A DNA stretch of 64,000 nucleotides from Candidatus Omnitrophota bacterium (GCA_022711395.1 JAKLFA010000001.1:3277-67276); one strand, 5' to 3'. Counted from the stretch's first letter, positions 1-10,740 are shown. Translations and numbers: made by a program. The notes: a model not told the origin generated them from the letters alone.

Positions 1-2
1 AT

Positions 3-149
3 CTTTTCGGGATGCAATCTTTCAAAAAGTCCTTGGTCGGCCTTGTCCGCGCGGGGCTGGTCAATGAAGACGACGCCCGCATGCGGGCCGACAGCCGGGA
101 TGAATTCGACCTTGAGATCAAGGGGATCCGACGGATCGCTGATATTTAA
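3..149 (+). CDS. 3' end of an upstream gene running off the window start (frame 3), product unknown
   Basis: Frame 3 is open from the window edge to TAA at 147-149 and gives a charged, natural-looking C-terminus (...GLVRAGLVNEDDARMRADSRDEFDLEIKGIRRIADI*). The competing frame-1 ORF 43..249 is W/C-rich and looks less protein-like. Confidence 0.25.
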   Translation, partial: LFGMQSFKKSLVGLVRAGLVNEDDARMRADSRDEFDLEIKGIRRIADI

Positions 150-222
150 CCACAAAGACCATATCCGCCATGGGCAGATGAGCTATTGGATCATTAATGG
201 CAAGTTTGTCCCGTTATCTTTG

Positions 223-250
223 TTGACCACCCAAGACCTTGTGTTATAAT
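223..250 (+). promoter_or_regulatory. sigma70-like promoter candidate for prfB
   Basis: TTGACC (223-228), 16-nt spacer, TATAAT (245-250), about 45 nt upstream of the prfB ATG in an AT-rich gap. Confidence 0.4.
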
Positions 251-293
251 AGCTCGCCATTTAATTTAAAAATTCTATTTATAATAATATTTT

Positions 294-1385
294 ATGTTTG
301 ATCAAATTAAAGAAAAAGCTCGGTTTTTCCGGGAAAAACTCTTTCAATTGCGGGATTTTTTCAATCTCACGGAAAAATCCGTCCGCATGGAAGAGCTTCA
401 GGAACTGATGAACGCGCCTGATTTCTGGAATAATCAGGAAAGCGCCAACAAAATCCTTTTGGAGCTTAAATATCTAAAATCCGTTGTTGAGCCGTTCGAA
501 GCTCTTTTGCAAAAAGTCGATGATTTTGATGAGTTGGCCGATATCTGTCAGGAAGACACCGGCTCATTGGAGGAGGTCTACCGGGATCTCTGCGCGCTGG
601 AGCCTGAGCTCATCGATCTGGAAACGCGCTCGTTTTTGGGCGGAAAATTTGATAAGAACAATGTGATCTTGAGCATCAATGCCGGCGCGGGCGGGACAGA
701 ATCCTGCGATTGGGCCAGCATGCTGTTGAGGATGTATACGCGTTTCGCGGATCTGAAAGGTTTTAAAGTTCGCATGGTCGACATGCTCCATGGAGAAGAA
801 GCGGGGATCAAGAACGCGACACTGAACATTGAAGGCGAGATGGCTTACGGGTTGTTAAAAAGCGAAAAGGGTGTTCATCGGCTGGTGCGCATTTCTCCGT
901 TTGATGCCAATAAGCGGCGCCACACATCGTTTGCTTCGATCGACGTGATCCCGGAAGTTGATGACGAGATCGAGATCGAGATCAATCCGGACGAGCTTCG
1001 GATCGATATTTTCCGTTCTTCCGGCCCCGGCGGTCAGAGCGTCAACACGACCGACTCGGCCGTGCGGATCACGCATCTTCCCACCGGAATTGTGGTCCAG
1101 TGCCAGAACGAGCGTTCTCAGCTTCAGAACAGAACAATGGCCATGAAGATCTTGAAAGCCCGGCTTTATGAAAAAAAGCGCCAGGAGCAGGAAGAGGCGA
1201 TGGCCAAGGAATACGGTCAAAAGCAGAAGATCGAGTGGGGAAGCCAGATCCGTTCGTATGTTATGCATCCGTACTCCATGGTCAAGGACCACCGCACAGA
1301 TGTCGAGACCGGCAACGTGCAGAAGGTGATGGACGGAGATATCACAATGTTTATTGAGGCGTTTTTACGCTGGAAACCAGAATAA
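294..1385 (+). CDS. prfB: peptide chain release factor 2
   Basis: RF2 N-terminus, the SPF stop-recognition tripeptide (RISPFDANKRRHTSFASIDV) and the GGQ motif (SSGPGGQSVNTTDSAVRITHLPTGIVV). It is one uninterrupted frame with no programmed +1 frameshift site. Confidence 0.9.
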   Translation: MFDQIKEKARFFREKLFQLRDFFNLTEKSVRMEELQELMNAPDFWNNQESANKILLELKYLKSVVEPFEALLQKVDDFDELADICQEDTGSLEEVYRDLCALEPELIDLETRSFLGGKFDKNNVILSINAGAGGTESCDWASMLLRMYTRFADLKGFKVRMVDMLHGEEAGIKNATLNIEGEMAYGLLKSEKGVHRLVRISPFDANKRRHTSFASIDVIPEVDDEIEIEINPDELRIDIFRSSGPGGQSVNTTDSAVRITHLPTGIVVQCQNERSQLQNRTMAMKILKARLYEKKRQEQEEAMAKEYGQKQKIEWGSQIRSYVMHPYSMVKDHRTDVETGNVQKVMDGDITMFIEAFLRWKPE

Positions 1386-1394
1386 GGAATTGTC

Positions 1395-4382
1395 ATGTTC
1401 GATTTTTTGATCAGAAAGCACGTTGTCAGGAGCGCCCAGAAGGCGGTCGATCGTTTAGAGCCCAAAGTTAATATTCATGTCCCGCAAGACTTGCCTTTGC
1501 CGTCGATTTCTGTGATCAAACGCATGGCGGCGGCCGTTGCCAAGATCAACAGTTTCGAGCCTGAAATCCAAGGCCTTTCGGATGAGGGGCTCAAAGCAAA
1601 GTCGGCTCAGTTGCGTGAGCGTTATTTTCAGGCGGTCAGTGAAAAGAAGACAGAACTGGAACATGTTGAAGAACAGTATGTGAAGGCCGAGTCCAATGAT
1701 CTCCGTGAAGAAGCGGCTCTTCGTATTGAAAAGGCATACGCGGAGTTTAAAGCGGTGAAAGCCAAGGCGCTCAAAGACCTTTTGCCGGAAGCGTTCGCTC
1801 TGGTGAGGGAGACCAGCCGGCGAGTTTTGGGTCTGCGGCATTATGATGTTCAGCTTGTTGGGGGGATGATCCTTCATGAGGGGAATATCGCTGAAATGGC
1901 GACCGGTGAAGGAAAAACCCTTGTGTGCACCGCCCCCGTTTACCTTAACGCGCTGACGGGCGAAGGCGTGCATGTGGTCACCGTCAACGATTATCTCGCC
2001 AGGCGTGACCGGGAGTGGATGGGGCCGATCTATGAATTTTTAGGTCTTACAGTCGGGGTTATTGTCCACGGTCTTACTCCATCCCAGCGGCAGGAAGCCT
2101 ACGGCAGTGACATTACTTATGGGACCAACAATGAATTCGGTTTTGATTATTTGCGCGATAACATGGTGAGTTTTAAAACGGACATGGTCCAGCGCAAGCA
2201 TCATTACGCCGTTGTTGATGAGGTGGACAGCATTTTGATCGATGAGGCCCGCACCCCATTGATCATTTCAGGGCCGGCCGAAGAGTCAACCTCGACGTAT
2301 TATCAGGCGCATGATATCGCCAGAACCATGCGGGGCATCCGTTTGACGGAAGGCGAGGAGATCGAGGCGAAGCATCGTGGGCAAGAGCTGGATGATCTTT
2401 CCAAAGGCTATGATTATGTCGCTGATGAGAAGAACAGATCCGTCTCATTGACCGAACAGGGAGAGGAAAAAGCCTCCCGCGCGTTCGGGATCGAGAATAT
2501 GCATGACATGGAAACGGTGGAATACCGTCATCATATCCTGCAGGCGCTGAAGGCGAAGGAGTTCTTTAAGAAGGACGTGGATTATGTGGTCCGTGACGGG
2601 GAGGTCATTATCGTCGATGAATTTACGGGACGCATGATGCCGGGCCGTCGCTGGTCGGACGGCCTTCATCAGGCGGTCGAGGCGAAAGAGGGGATCCGCA
2701 TTGAACGCGAGAACCAGACCCTGGCCACGATCACATTCCAGAATTATTTTCGCATGTATGAAAAGCTCGCAGGCATGACCGGCACAGCTTACACGGAGGC
2801 TAACGAATTCAAGCAGATCTATAATCTGGACACGGTCGTTCTTCCTACCAACCGGCCGCTCAAGCGAAAGAACCATAATGATTGCATCTATAAAACGGTC
2901 CGTGAAAAATACAAAGCGGTCGTGGATGAAATAGATGAATATTACCGTCGGGGACAGCCTGTTCTGGTCGGGACCATTTCTATCGAGAAATCTGAGGTCC
3001 TTTCTGCGATGCTGAAACAGCGCGGGATCGACCATCAGGTTTTGAATGCCAAATATCATGAACTTGAAGCCCAGATCGTCGCCCAAGCCGGGCGTTTTAA
3101 GGCGGTCACCATCGCCACGAACATGGCAGGCCGCGGGACCGATATTGTTCTGGGGGGCAACGCTGAATTCCTCGCCCGCAGCCTGGCGGAACAGAATCGA
3201 AGCGAAAACGAAGGGGAAGAGGAGCATCAAAAGAGGGTCCGGAAATTTCTTGAGGAGTTCCGATCACAGACGCGGCAGGAGCACGATCACGTCGTTGAAC
3301 TTGGCGGGCTCCATGTCCTGGGAACGGAGCGGCATGAATCGAGGCGCATTGATAATCAGCTGCGCGGACGCTCTGGACGTCAGGGAGATCCCGGCTCATC
3401 AAAGTTTTTCATTTCGCTGGAGGACGATTTGATGCGGTTGTTCGGAGGGGATCGATTGATGGGGATCATGGATACACTGGGGGCTGAAGAGGGCCAACTG
3501 TTGGAACACCCGTTGATCAGCCGCTCGATCAGTATCGCTCAAAAGCGAGTGGAAGGTTTTAATTTTGAGATCCGCAAACAGCTGATCGAATATGACAATG
3601 TCATGAACAAACAGCGGGAAGCGGTCTACGGTCTTCGCCGCAGCATCCTGGAAAGCGAGAGCGTCAAGGACCGCGTCCTGGATGTGGTCAGTTTATGTTC
3701 TGACCAGGCCGTTGAGAAATATTTGTATGGAGGCAATGTCGAGACCGAATGGGACTGGAACGGGCTGATCATGTGCCTGAAGACGTCTTTTCATTGTGAT
3801 GTTTCCGTCAGAAGCCAGGAGCTTCAGAGCAAGACCTATGAGCAGGCGCAGGATATGGTGCGTCAGATGCTTTTGCAGGTCTATGAGTTTAAGGAACGCG
3901 AGCTTGGTTCAGAGGCCATGCGTACGATGGAAAAGATGGTGTTTTTGAACACGATCGACGCGAAATGGAAGGACCATCTTTACGCCATGGACCAGTTGCG
4001 AGGCAGCGTCGGGCTTCGAGCCTATGGGCAGCGTGATCCGATCCTGGAGTATAAGCGGGAAGGTTTTGAGATGTTCCAGTCGATGTTCGATTCGATCTAT
4101 CAGGAAGTGGCGGAACTTGTTTTTAAGCTTCGCCCCGTTTCAGAGCACGTCCGGATGAAAGGCGTGTTTGATTCCGTGCCACAGAATTTGATCCATAGCG
4201 ATTTTTCAAGTTTGAACCGTCAGCCGCCGTCGGCAGCCATTGCGCGGAATTTTGGTGCTCCAGAGGAGGAAGAACCATCCTCGAAGCCTCAGCCCGTTTC
4301 GCGCGCCGGGGAGAAGGTCGGGCGCAACGATCCCTGCCCTTGCGGCAGCGGGAAAAAATATAAGAAATGCTGCGGTCAATAA
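1395..4382 (+). CDS. secA: preprotein translocase ATPase SecA
   Basis: 995 aa. DEAD-like motor motifs ([35 protein letters not shown]), [30 protein letters not shown], and a C-terminal zinc finger [14 protein letters not shown]. Confidence 0.92.
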   Translation: MFDFLIRKHVVRSAQKAVDRLEPKVNIHVPQDLPLPSISVIKRMAAAVAKINSFEPEIQGLSDEGLKAKSAQLRERYFQAVSEKKTELEHVEEQYVKAESNDLREEAALRIEKAYAEFKAVKAKALKDLLPEAFALVRETSRRVLGLRHYDVQLVGGMILHEGNIAEMATGEGKTLVCTAPVYLNALTGEGVHVVTVNDYLARRDREWMGPIYEFLGLTVGVIVHGLTPSQRQEAYGSDITYGTNNEFGFDYLRDNMVSFKTDMVQRKHHYAVVDEVDSILIDEARTPLIISGPAEESTSTYYQAHDIARTMRGIRLTEGEEIEAKHRGQELDDLSKGYDYVADEKNRSVSLTEQGEEKASRAFGIENMHDMETVEYRHHILQALKAKEFFKKDVDYVVRDGEVIIVDEFTGRMMPGRRWSDGLHQAVEAKEGIRIERENQTLATITFQNYFRMYEKLAGMTGTAYTEANEFKQIYNLDTVVLPTNRPLKRKNHNDCIYKTVREKYKAVVDEIDEYYRRGQPVLVGTISIEKSEVLSAMLKQRGIDHQVLNAKYHELEAQIVAQAGRFKAVTIATNMAGRGTDIVLGGNAEFLARSLAEQNRSENEGEEEHQKRVRKFLEEFRSQTRQEHDHVVELGGLHVLGTERHESRRIDNQLRGRSGRQGDPGSSKFFISLEDDLMRLFGGDRLMGIMDTLGAEEGQLLEHPLISRSISIAQKRVEGFNFEIRKQLIEYDNVMNKQREAVYGLRRSILESESVKDRVLDVVSLCSDQAVEKYLYGGNVETEWDWNGLIMCLKTSFHCDVSVRSQELQSKTYEQAQDMVRQMLLQVYEFKERELGSEAMRTMEKMVFLNTIDAKWKDHLYAMDQLRGSVGLRAYGQRDPILEYKREGFEMFQSMFDSIYQEVAELVFKLRPVSEHVRMKGVFDSVPQNLIHSDFSSLNRQPPSAAIARNFGAPEEEEPSSKPQPVSRAGEKVGRNDPCPCGSGKKYKKCCGQ

Positions 4383-4425
4383 AAAGGCCGTGTTTACGGC
4401 CCGCAGGCAATGTTCGGTCACGCAC

Positions 4426-5967
4426 ATGGTCTTGGATTTTTTAAAAAAACGCGCATTCTTCCGGGATGAACTTTTGGCAGTTGGATCGGCTGTCCTGCTG
4501 GTTTTTTCTCAGCCCCGGCATGACCTTGGTTTTCTCGCCTGGTTCGCTTTAGTCCCTTTTTTTATCGCGCTGCAACAGAAGACTAGCGGTCAGAGTTTGA
4601 GGCTGGGCTATCTTTTCGGAGTGTTCTATTTTTTTGGGATGTTTTGGTGGTTGATCCACGTGACATTGCCGGGGATGGTCTTGTTTAATCTTTATCTTGC
4701 CCTTTATCCCGCGGGATTTGCCGTCTTGTACGTTTTTTGGAGGCGGAAATTCAAGCCCGGAGTTCTTCAGATTATTTTAGCTGCCGCCAGTTGGACGGTG
4801 TTGGAGTTCTTGAGGGCCGAGCTGTTTTCCGGTTTTGGCTGGGCGTCTTTAGGGCACAGTCAGTATCGCTTTTTGCCGGTCTTGCAGATCGCCGATGTCA
4901 CGGGAGTCTTTGGTATTTCTTTTTTTCTGGTTGTGGTCAACATGGCATTGTTTTATGGGTCGCAGCGTGAGGGGGCTGAGCATCCTCAGGCGCTGTGGTC
5001 TTCATTTGGGTTTTCTGCCGCCCTTTTGATAGGCGTCTTGGCCTATGGATTTTTTTCTCTTTCGAACAACGCTTTTTTACCGGATGATCCGCGTTCTTTG
5101 AAGGTCACGGTCGTCCAGCCCAATGTCCTCCAATCTGAAAAATGGGCGCCCTCCAATTGGGATGAGATCATGGGAAAGCTAGAGCGGCTCTCCCGTCAGG
5201 GGGTTGGTCGATCGACGGATGTGGACCTGATCGTCTGGCCTGAGACGGCGCTTCCGGGCTATCGTTGGGAATCGCCGCGATATTTTGAGCGGGCCAAGGC
5301 TTTGGCAAAAGACCTTAAAACGCCGATCCTTCTCGGCGCGGAGAGCCACATAGGGAAGCGTTATTTTAATTCGGCGGTCTTTGTTTCAGCCCAGGGAGAA
5401 GAAGTCGCGCGTTATGATAAAATCCATCTGGTTCCGTTCGGAGAGTTCATTCCCTTAAGGCCGTGGCTGAATTTTATCGGGAATTTTGTCCCGATGGAAG
5501 ACCTTTCGCCGGGTGCGGATAAAACGGTCTTTATACTGGGGAACCCTAAGGTCGGGGTATCGGCACTGATCTGTTTTGAAGATACGGTCCGTGATGTGTC
5601 CAGGGGCATGGTCCAGTCTGGAGGACAGGTCTTGATCAATCTGACCAATGACGCGTGGTTCTTAAAGACCAAAGCGCCTTTTTTGCATCTTCAAATGAGC
5701 GTTTTTGAGGCTGTTGGTAATCGCCGGGCCATGATCCGCGCGGCCAACACCGGTGTCAGCGGCATCATCCATCCTTCGGGGCGGGTGGTGGGCGTTATCA
5801 AGGGCTCTTCTGGCGAGGAGACCTTTATTGCGGGGCATTTGAACGCCCGCGTGCCGGTCGCCGGCAACAGACAGACGGTCTTTACTCGATACGGCGATTT
5901 TTTTGCATATTTCTGTTTTGTGTGTTTGGGGTTTGGTGTTATTATTGATATAAATACTAAGAAATAG
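4426..5967 (+). CDS. lnt: apolipoprotein N-acyltransferase
   Basis: Multi-TM N-terminal half plus a C-terminal CN-hydrolase domain with the catalytic Cys in the VSALICFEDT context. Start moved to ATG 4426 (MVLDFLKK...) because the upstream part of the ORF overlaps secA. Confidence 0.8.
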   Translation: MVLDFLKKRAFFRDELLAVGSAVLLVFSQPRHDLGFLAWFALVPFFIALQQKTSGQSLRLGYLFGVFYFFGMFWWLIHVTLPGMVLFNLYLALYPAGFAVLYVFWRRKFKPGVLQIILAAASWTVLEFLRAELFSGFGWASLGHSQYRFLPVLQIADVTGVFGISFFLVVVNMALFYGSQREGAEHPQALWSSFGFSAALLIGVLAYGFFSLSNNAFLPDDPRSLKVTVVQPNVLQSEKWAPSNWDEIMGKLERLSRQGVGRSTDVDLIVWPETALPGYRWESPRYFERAKALAKDLKTPILLGAESHIGKRYFNSAVFVSAQGEEVARYDKIHLVPFGEFIPLRPWLNFIGNFVPMEDLSPGADKTVFILGNPKVGVSALICFEDTVRDVSRGMVQSGGQVLINLTNDAWFLKTKAPFLHLQMSVFEAVGNRRAMIRAANTGVSGIIHPSGRVVGVIKGSSGEETFIAGHLNARVPVAGNRQTVFTRYGDFFAYFCFVCLGFGVIIDINTKK

Positions 5968-5987
5968 AAATTTAAAAAGGAGAATTC

Positions 5988-6764
5988 ATGATCGGCACGA
6001 TGAGAAAAAGGTCGTTAAGCATCGCGGTGATTTCTTATACGTTGGCCCTTTTATACGCGGTGTCATTTGTTTATTATCTGTCATCGGTGGCGACATCGGT
6101 TGTCTATCATTATGCCATAGCTGTTTCTTTGATGTGCCTGGTGCTGTTTTTCGGCGCCGTGGGGCTTTCTTTCGGAAAGAGCTGGGGGCGGACCATCCTG
6201 ATCTTCGGGAATATCGCGTTTTTTGCCGTCGGGATATGGATGATCACTCTTTTTCCCGAGGTCATTGAGCTGCAATCATTCGATCAGAACACTTTTTTTA
6301 ACAGCCTCTTTTTAGGAACGATCTGCCTCGCGGCGGTGATCTGCGCTTATTTGGCCCAGCATAAGGTCAAGCTTTTGCTTAATCCGGACATGAAGTATAT
6401 GCGCAAGAGCGTCTTGGTCATTGACGATGACGAAGGGATCCTTACGACCATGAAGAAGATCCTTTTGCCGGTCGGATACAGTGTTTTGACAGCCTCCTCG
6501 GGTGAGCGAGGGCTTCAGATCGCCCAGACGCAGAAGCCGGATTTGATCGTTCTGGATGTCATTCTGCCGGGTCTAAAAGGAAGGGAAGTGTGCCGCCGTT
6601 TGAAAGATGATGCCGCGACCAAGGATATTCCAGTGATTTTTTTAACGGCCAAGGATTCTCCGGATGATATCAAGGCGGAAATGGATCTTGGGGCCATTGC
6701 CCATGTGACCAAACCGTTGCACGCCAGACTGATGGTGGCAAAGGTCAAAGAAATCCTGGGCTAG
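5988..6764 (+). CDS. membrane-anchored response-regulator receiver (REC) protein with 4 TM helices and no output domain
   Basis: The N-terminal ~130 aa are hydrophobic. The C-terminal CheY-like REC has VLVIDDDEGIL...DLIVLDVILPGLKGREVC...IPVIFLTAKD...KP. Confidence 0.7.
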   Translation: MIGTMRKRSLSIAVISYTLALLYAVSFVYYLSSVATSVVYHYAIAVSLMCLVLFFGAVGLSFGKSWGRTILIFGNIAFFAVGIWMITLFPEVIELQSFDQNTFFNSLFLGTICLAAVICAYLAQHKVKLLLNPDMKYMRKSVLVIDDDEGILTTMKKILLPVGYSVLTASSGERGLQIAQTQKPDLIVLDVILPGLKGREVCRRLKDDAATKDIPVIFLTAKDSPDDIKAEMDLGAIAHVTKPLHARLMVAKVKEILG

Positions 6765-6948
6765 TTTTTTCCGCCGGGCCGCCTGGCTTTGCGGCAACCG
6801 TGTTTGAGCGCCTGAAATTTCTTCGGTTCATGTGACGCGGGACAGCAGTCCCAAACGCATTCCCACTTTAACACATCCGGTCGGTGGCGGATTTTATTTT
6901 GAAACTCGGCGCAGTTTCAGAACGTTTAGGCATGAGGTTTAAGTTTTT

Positions 6949-7896
6949 ATGGAAGACCAGAGCAGTCACAGCGCGGGCGCCAAAGAGGAGGGCTTTTCAT
7001 ATAAAAAGCTACGTCGTGCTTTTGCCTGGAATGTTTTGATGTCCCTGATATGGTTCGTCGGCAAGATCCCGGCGGCGGTTATCCGAAAGGTGATGGACGT
7101 CTTGATCATGATCGGATACGCGACGTTTTTTAAAAGGGCTAAGCGCAAAGGGCTTCGAAGCCTTGATATTGCTTACGAAAGAGTATTGAGCGATCAGGAC
7201 AAACAAGCCATTCTTAAAAAAAGTTTCCGTCATTTTGGCCGGGTCATATCAGATATGATCTGTGCCACGCGGGATTTGAGCGAGGCGACGAGCTGTTTTG
7301 AGATCGAGCACAGGCGCAGGCTGGATGAAGCTCTTTCCCGGGGGCGGGGGGTGTTGGCCGTCACGGCGCATTTGGGGTATTTTCCGCACATGATCTTTCG
7401 CATGGCCAAAGAGGGATATAAGGTCGCTGTGATCATGCGCCGGCCGAGGGATGAACGGGTGGGGGATTATTGTTTAAGACGTATGAAGGAATCGAACGTC
7501 CAAACGATCTATAGCGTTCCCGCACGCCAATGTGTCCGCGAGTCGATCGCGGCCTTGAGGGAAAATGCAATCGTCTTCGTGCTGCTTGATCAGCATTTCG
7601 GGGCGCCGGGGCGCGTGACGGTCGATTTTTTCGGCCAGCCTGCTGAGACCGGGGCGAGTCCCGTCGTGTTCGCGCAGCGGACCAAAGCGGCGATCCTGCC
7701 GGTCTTTACGGTCAGGGAAGAGGATGGCCGCCAGAGGATCATCTTTGAACGAGAGATCGTTTGTGAGGATGCGGACACTAGCGATACAGCCGTGGCTCAA
7801 TGCGTTCAGGAGATCACGTCTATGATCGAAGCGTATGTCCGACGGTATCCTTCCCAGTGGATGTGGATGCATGGACGCTGGAAGGCGCAGCAATAA
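6949..7896 (+). CDS. lipid A biosynthesis (LpxL/LpxM-type) lysophospholipid acyltransferase family protein
   Basis: Roughly 315 aa with an N-terminal membrane anchor. Overall LpxL/HtrB-like architecture, including the HLGYF region. Confidence 0.55.
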   Translation: MEDQSSHSAGAKEEGFSYKKLRRAFAWNVLMSLIWFVGKIPAAVIRKVMDVLIMIGYATFFKRAKRKGLRSLDIAYERVLSDQDKQAILKKSFRHFGRVISDMICATRDLSEATSCFEIEHRRRLDEALSRGRGVLAVTAHLGYFPHMIFRMAKEGYKVAVIMRRPRDERVGDYCLRRMKESNVQTIYSVPARQCVRESIAALRENAIVFVLLDQHFGAPGRVTVDFFGQPAETGASPVVFAQRTKAAILPVFTVREEDGRQRIIFEREIVCEDADTSDTAVAQCVQEITSMIEAYVRRYPSQWMWMHGRWKAQQ

Positions 7897-7909
7897 AAGG
7901 AGGTTCGTT

Positions 7910-8083
7910 ATGTCTAAAGAACAGAAAGCACAGGCGATCTTCGTTTCTGGACTGGTTGTCCTGGTGATCGGGATTTCCATGGTCCTGGCGTGGTGGCCGG
8001 ATGTGATCTCTTTTTTTAAAGGTTTTTTGGGGGTCACAGCGGCGATCGGCGGCCTGTTGATGATGTATTTCGCTAAGAAATGA
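7910..8083 (+). CDS. small membrane protein (57 aa, 2 TM)
   Basis: AAAGGAGG RBS 6 nt before ATG 7910. Two hydrophobic helices. Confidence 0.45.
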   Translation: MSKEQKAQAIFVSGLVVLVIGISMVLAWWPDVISFFKGFLGVTAAIGGLLMMYFAKK

Positions 8084-8150
8084 CAGCGGGGTGAGGTGTT
8101 GAGATTGACGTGTTCGGGGAAAGATGAGAGAATGTGTCGTTTATTTTTAG

Positions 8151-9179
8151 GTGGGGAGAAAAGATGAAATGTCCGTTATGATGTGGGTTCAATTTGCGGT
8201 CAGCGCGGCCTTGATCCTGTATGCCGGAACATATTTAACACGTTATGCGGACCGCTTATGTGACGCTTTGGGTTTGGGGAAAGTGTGGATCGGTGTCGTT
8301 CTTCTGGGATTCGTCACATCCCTGCCTGAAGCCGGGTCTAGCATGGTCGCCTTGCTTCAGCTTCATGCTCCTGATCTTGCTGTGGGAAACATGCTTGGCA
8401 GCAATAATTTCAATTTGTTGCTTTTGGTTTTTTTGGATCTGTTTTATCGCAAAGGAGCGGTGACGGACCTGATATCCTGCGGCCGCGCGCAACGTGTGCC
8501 CGCGTATTTTGCTATTTTTTTAACGTCTCTCGTCGGGATGGAGATCTGGATGGGGCAGCAGAGAACGCTGCCGGCTGTTTTGGGAATCGGTTGGGGGAGT
8601 TGGGCTGTGTGCCTGGGTTATATTGCCGGGATGAGGGCCGTGTATCAAAGCAATCCCGGGGTGTGCGGGTCGGACCGACAGGAATGCCTGGCTGGTTCCA
8701 GAAATGGTTTAGGCGGAATCTATGGGGGGTTGTTTATTAGCGGTGTTGTAGTCGTGGCGGCAGCTGTTTGGCTGGCCAATACGGCGGATCAGATCGCGCA
8801 AGTGACCGGTTGGGGGCGGACATTCGTGGGGTCGTTGTTTTTGGCCATGGCGACGTCCTTGCCGGAAATGGTCGTGACATTGTCCGCACTGAAACTGGGC
8901 CAGATGGACCTGGCGATCGGCAATATTTTTGGCAGCAACATGGTGAACATGTTTTTATTATTTGTGTGCGATGTTTTTGTGCGCTCGGGTGCGCTTCTGG
9001 GGATGGTCTCAGGGTCCCATCTGTGGACGGTTGTTATCGGAATTGTCATGACCGCTGTCGCGTTTGCGGGGTTACGGTATAAGGGAAAGGTGACGTTTTT
9101 CGCTTTGGGGTGGGATACCTGGACTTTGTTTGTGCTATACGGGTTGGGCATGGCCGTGCTTTATCAACTCAGGAGCTGA
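8151..9179 (+). CDS. CaCA-family cation/Ca2+ exchanger (YrbG-like)
   Basis: Two alpha-repeat signatures, GNMLGSNNFNL and GNIFGSNMVNM, in a 10-TM protein. Confidence 0.7.
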   Translation: MGRKDEMSVMMWVQFAVSAALILYAGTYLTRYADRLCDALGLGKVWIGVVLLGFVTSLPEAGSSMVALLQLHAPDLAVGNMLGSNNFNLLLLVFLDLFYRKGAVTDLISCGRAQRVPAYFAIFLTSLVGMEIWMGQQRTLPAVLGIGWGSWAVCLGYIAGMRAVYQSNPGVCGSDRQECLAGSRNGLGGIYGGLFISGVVVVAAAVWLANTADQIAQVTGWGRTFVGSLFLAMATSLPEMVVTLSALKLGQMDLAIGNIFGSNMVNMFLLFVCDVFVRSGALLGMVSGSHLWTVVIGIVMTAVAFAGLRYKGKVTFFALGWDTWTLFVLYGLGMAVLYQLRS

Positions 9180-9273
9180 GGCGCCGGTGTCTTAGTAATT
9201 CGGTTTTAAGGTTTTTAATGCCGCAGTGTTATAGTGCCTTAGCGACAGAGCTTTATGATCAGAGGAGGAACTC

Positions 9274-9873
9274 ATGTGGGTCAATCTTAGAAAATATTTT
9301 GTTTCCGGCTTGATGGTGTTCATGCCGTTGGCCTTGACGGTGTTTTTGTTCATCTGGGTCATCGGGTTTGCGGACGGGCTTTTGGGGGATTATATCCAGC
9401 CGTTCTTTAAAGAATATTTTGGGTTCTATATTCCTGGGCTGGGGATCCTTGTCGGGGTGGTGCTGATCATAATGATCGGATTTTTTGCCACGCAGATCAT
9501 CGGGGCGAAATTCCATGGGGCTTTTGAGAAACTGTTTTTAAGGCTGCCGTTCTTTAAGCAGGTCTATCCCGCGTTTAAAGAGATCGTGGGTTTTTTCTTT
9601 TCCCGGGAAAGGCCGAGTTTCAAAAAAGCGGTGATCGTGCAGTATCCGGGTAAAGGAATATATTCCTTCGGATTTTTGACCAATGAGACAAGCCAGAAGC
9701 TTAAGGATTTGACCGGAGAGGACCTTTGTAACGTTTTTGTTTCGAGTTCTCCCAGCCCGTTCACGGGTTTCGCGGTCATGATCCCCAAAAAAGATATTAT
9801 TATGACGGACATTTCGATCGAAGAGGCCGCGAAGTTCATTGTTTCTGGCGGGGTGGTCAACCCGCATGTTTAA
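9274..9873 (+). CDS. DUF502-family membrane protein
   Basis: N-terminal TM pair and conserved core typical of DUF502 (RKYFVSGLMVFMPLALTVFLFIWV...). Confidence 0.55.
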   Translation: MWVNLRKYFVSGLMVFMPLALTVFLFIWVIGFADGLLGDYIQPFFKEYFGFYIPGLGILVGVVLIIMIGFFATQIIGAKFHGAFEKLFLRLPFFKQVYPAFKEIVGFFFSRERPSFKKAVIVQYPGKGIYSFGFLTNETSQKLKDLTGEDLCNVFVSSSPSPFTGFAVMIPKKDIIMTDISIEEAAKFIVSGGVVNPHV

Positions 9874-9885
9874 GAAGCTGTTCTA

Positions 9886-10560
9886 TTGGAGCGCGACATG
9901 ATCAAAGTGATAGCCTTTGACCTGGATGGGACGCTGATCAACGCCTATCCGGCCGTTGAAGAGAGCATAAATTTTTTGATGAGAACATTCGGTCTTCCTA
10001 TTGTTGACGGGGATGTGATCAAGCGGACTGTTGGACTGGGTGACCGTAATCTGGTTGAGGCTTTTGTCGGGCCCGGCCGCATAGAGCAGGCCATGCCGAT
10101 CTACCGGGAGTATCACGCACAGGCGCTTTTAAGGGGGTCTTCTTTTTTGCCGGGAGCGTTGGAAACGCTCAAAGAGTTGAAGACCCAGGGTTATCGTATG
10201 GCGATCGCCAGCAACCGGCCCAAGCGATTCTCCATGATCGTGATGGAACACCTTGGCATGGCGCATTTTTTTGAACGGATCCTTTGCGGGGATGAGTTTG
10301 AGAGGGGAAAACCGTATCCGGATATTCTATTTCAGCTGATACGCGAGATGGCAATAGCAAAAGAAGAACTTTTATACGTTGGAGATATGGACGTGGATGT
10401 TCAGACCGGAAAAAACGCAGGAGTGGCCATGGTGGCTGTTTTGACCGGATCCTGCTCGCGGGAAGAACTGTTCTCAAACGGCGCGCGGATGATCTTGAAC
10501 GGCGTCAGTGAGCTGCCGGCGTTTTTGGGCAAAAACGCGGGCTGTGCTTTAAAAATATAG
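9886..10560 (+). CDS. HAD-IA hydrolase (phosphoglycolate phosphatase-like)
   Basis: Motif I IAFDLDGTL and motif IV VGDMDVDVQTGKNAG. The true start may be ATG 9898. Confidence 0.7.
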   Translation: MERDMIKVIAFDLDGTLINAYPAVEESINFLMRTFGLPIVDGDVIKRTVGLGDRNLVEAFVGPGRIEQAMPIYREYHAQALLRGSSFLPGALETLKELKTQGYRMAIASNRPKRFSMIVMEHLGMAHFFERILCGDEFERGKPYPDILFQLIREMAIAKEELLYVGDMDVDVQTGKNAGVAMVAVLTGSCSREELFSNGARMILNGVSELPAFLGKNAGCALKI

Positions 10561-10659
10561 GGAAGAGCTTTTAATTCTTGATTTTTTCCAAAAATCATAT
10601 ATAAATATTCCCTATGCCTTTTATAGAAATTCAAGCATTATTAATCGAAGGAGCAAGTC

Positions 10660-10740
10660 ATGAGTAAGAAAAAACGTCGTGGAAAACTAAACTGGCGTTC
10701 TAAAAAAGCCAATCATGGCCGCAAACCCTGCAGGGGATAA
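10660..10740 (+). CDS. 26-aa highly basic peptide, candidate THX-like ribosomal protein
   Basis: AGGAGC RBS 5 nt upstream. Product MSKKKRRGKLNWRSKKANHGRKPCRG carries an RRGK[IL]xWR...GRKP pattern like bacterial ribosomal protein THX. It is below the 60-aa ORF cutoff, so it is absent from the ORF track. Confidence 0.4.
   Translation: MSKKKRRGKLNWRSKKANHGRKPCRG

Noticed and set aside
43-249. Frame-1 ORF (68 aa) at the window start
   Set aside because: Trp/Cys-rich composition unlike a real protein, and it overlaps the putative prfB promoter. The frame-3 reading that terminates at 149 looks more protein-like.
1455-3230. Minus-strand ORFs (172 aa, 261 aa and others) inside secA
   Set aside because: They are antisense shadows of a confidently identified long gene and have no RBS or domain signal.
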